Positions 62,210-64,000 of a stretch of DNA of 64,000 nt are shown here, piece after piece. Position 1 is the first letter of the stretch. The number at the start of each line of letters is the position of its first letter. The stretch lies in IMG/VR virus record IMGVR_UViG_3300046167_000801; one strand, written 5' to 3'. The notes under the pieces were generated by a model. That model saw only the letters and a list, made by a program, of their open reading frames with translations, made no database searches and was not told the origin of the DNA. Position numbers and translations under genes: made by a program. Origin of the DNA: a virus (lineage: Duplodnaviria; Caudoviricetes).

Positions 62210-62780
62210 AAAAAAATTAAACCACATTGGTAGAAAATATAAAAAGAAACAAATTCTTTTATATGATACTAAACGTAGGATTGATGACTTTGTCGGTAAA
62301 TTAAAATATAGACAAGATGGTAATTATGAGGATATTCCTCATTTTATTGTTTCTAAGATGGGGGACATATACCAAGTTTTGGACATGGATTATTCTTCAG
62401 TTACGTTTGGTAATCATGAATTAGACAAAAAACAAGTTAAAATTGCGGTTGAAAATTTGGGGTGGTTACAAAAGAACACTATAACGGGTTATTATAGTAA
62501 TTGGATAGGTGACCCCCATAGAAGTGACCCATTTATTAGAAGTTGGAGAGATAAATTTTATTGGGATCGTTATACTGACCAACAAATGGAAAGTATTGTT
62601 AATTTATGTGAATATATCTGTGAAGAGAAACAAATACATAAAAGAGTGGTTCCCAGTCACGGTTACATAGAAAAGATAGATAAATTTAAAGGAATTGTAT
62701 GTAAATCCAATTTTTCAAATATTTATACAGATATAAACCCTTCGTTTAATTTTAAAAAATTCTTAGACGATGAAATATAA
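62175..62780 (+). CDS. N-acetylmuramoyl-L-alanine amidase (Amidase_2)-like protein, possibly degenerate
   Basis: [35 protein letters not shown] and DINPSF resemble phage amidases, but the expected Zn-ligand histidines are not evident. Confidence 0.55.
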   Translation: MLEIRDVETIDKKKLNHIGRKYKKKQILLYDTKRRIDDFVGKLKYRQDGNYEDIPHFIVSKMGDIYQVLDMDYSSVTFGNHELDKKQVKIAVENLGWLQKNTITGYYSNWIGDPHRSDPFIRSWRDKFYWDRYTDQQMESIVNLCEYICEEKQIHKRVVPSHGYIEKIDKFKGIVCKSNFSNIYTDINPSFNFKKFLDDEI

Positions 62781-63267
62781 AACACATATGAACTACGATA
62801 ATACTAAAAAAATGTTGAATACTCTAAGGAATCTGACAGAGTCAACACTTGAAAAAGGGACAATTTCAGAGCAAGAGGAGAAAAAAGAATTAAAAGACAA
62901 TGTAATCGTCGTCAATGGTGTTGAAGTGAGACTCATTTCTTCAACTGATGAGGATTTGGATGTTAACGAGGTACAAAAGAAGACCATAGGGGACGTGATT
63001 AGTAATTTCGGTACACAGGTATCGGATTTAGGTGATCTTCGACCAGGCGTTACAATACAATCTAATCAAGTAAGATTAGATGGTAATTTACCTGACGTTG
63101 GTTTAGATTTTGTAATAATTGCAGGTGAAAATAAAGGTACATACCTTAATACCGCTATGTTAAAAGTGAATTATGACCTATTAGAGTCAATTCAAAAACT
63201 TTTAAAGTTTGAAGATGTATTCGCAGATGCAATGAATGACCTAATATCTCAAAGAAGAATAGATTAA
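62770..63267 (+). CDS. Hypothetical protein (165 aa)
   Basis: ORF overlapping the upstream stop; TKKMLNTLRNLTES...ISEQEE N-terminus. Confidence 0.65.
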   Translation: MKYKTHMNYDNTKKMLNTLRNLTESTLEKGTISEQEEKKELKDNVIVVNGVEVRLISSTDEDLDVNEVQKKTIGDVISNFGTQVSDLGDLRPGVTIQSNQVRLDGNLPDVGLDFVIIAGENKGTYLNTAMLKVNYDLLESIQKLLKFEDVFADAMNDLISQRRID

Positions 63268-63268
63268 T

Positions 63269-63514
63269 ATGGCTCTTACAACCACAGATAAAAATCAAAT
63301 ACAGACTATTGCTAAGAAAGAGATAAAGGACTTTCTTAATGGTACTCAAGCACATAAAATCGTGGTTGATATGGTTAAAAAAGAGATGGGGGCAAGAGAC
63401 ATTAATAAAAAGGTGGTGGAATTATCTACTAAAGTTGTTGTTGAGTTGTTTAAACAATTATGGCAACGTAAGTCTTTTTGGGAAGGACCTTTGAAAAACA
63501 TTAACACTAAGTAA
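63269..63514 (+). CDS. Small hypothetical protein (81 aa)
   Basis: ORF with a TAATG coupling to the next gene. Confidence 0.65.
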   Translation: MALTTTDKNQIQTIAKKEIKDFLNGTQAHKIVVDMVKKEMGARDINKKVVELSTKVVVELFKQLWQRKSFWEGPLKNINTK

Positions 63515-64000
63515 TGAAAAAAGAAACCAAGGAAGCAACAATGGCGGGTGGTTCTTCAGGATCATTTGAGGCACCTATGAATTTTATTAGTAAGAGAGAA
63601 ATATATAAAATCCATAATAGTAAGAAATACAACGAGGAAGAACCTAAAGAAGAGGAATTTACTGAAGCAATGACTTCAGCTACGTCATCGGCGGGACAAT
63701 ACGACGCACCGTTTGGTAGTGGGGGTAAAGATCCACTTAAAATAGGTGGACCTAAGACGATTGTACAACGTATGAAACATATGAGAAAAACTAATTTCCC
63801 AATGTATGGTGGAAAGGGTGGTTCATATGTTAAAGTGAAGGAAAAATGTAAAAAATTTCCATACTGTGAGGAGGGAGACATTAATGCTTTAGAATTCTAT
63901 GAAAATGATGAATTAAATGAGGCAGTGAAGAACGTTTCAAAAAAATACGGATTACCTTATAAAGAGGTGGAGAAATTAGTAATAAATGAGATAAAGGATA
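63514..64000 (+). CDS. 3'-truncated hypothetical protein with two EA(T/M)x..SS(A)GxF/YxAP motifs
   Basis: Translated by hand from ATG 63514 (MKKETKEATMAGGSSGSFEAPM...); open to the window end and absent from the ORF track. Confidence 0.7.
   Translation, partial: MKKETKEATMAGGSSGSFEAPMNFISKREIYKIHNSKKYNEEEPKEEEFTEAMTSATSSAGQYDAPFGSGGKDPLKIGGPKTIVQRMKHMRKTNFPMYGGKGGSYVKVKEKCKKFPYCEEGDINALEFYENDELNEAVKNVSKKYGLPYKEVEKLVINEIKD

Overview
AT-rich segment of a large lytic tailed phage genome (myovirus-type, contractile-tail baseplate genes). Essentially all real genes lie on the + strand and use the standard bacterial code. The host is very likely a Bacteroidota (possibly Flavobacteria) bacterium, judged from the Bacteroidota-like sigma factor and ClpP, a TAnnTTTG promoter, SprB repeats and AT-rich leaders without Shine-Dalgarno sites. 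Gene order: large baseplate-hub-like gene (split by a +1 frameshift); small acidic proteins and a Dps-like gene; a replication/recombination block (gp32-like SSB, RecA/UvsX, 5'-3' exonuclease, DnaB helicase, nrdB, nrdA); a baseplate block (gp25-, gp6-, gp7/gpI-like); a ~20 kb cluster of Pro/Thr-linker, Cys-rich adhesin-like virion proteins; RuvC, primase, exonuclease, two cytidylyltransferases, SbcD/SbcC, ClpP and sigma-70; a probable lysis cluster; small head-associated-like proteins. The adhesin cluster includes a 2521-aa baseplate protein with 17 CDFDxDxD motifs and a 2057-aa cadherin/SprB protein. The most notable observations are the CDFD/PT scaffold-like array with its shuffled modular partners, a TATTTATW motif marking late genes, two structured intergenic RNA candidates, and three apparent frameshift junctions that may be recoding sites or sequence errors. 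All protein assignments come from motif recognition by eye; no database searches were run.
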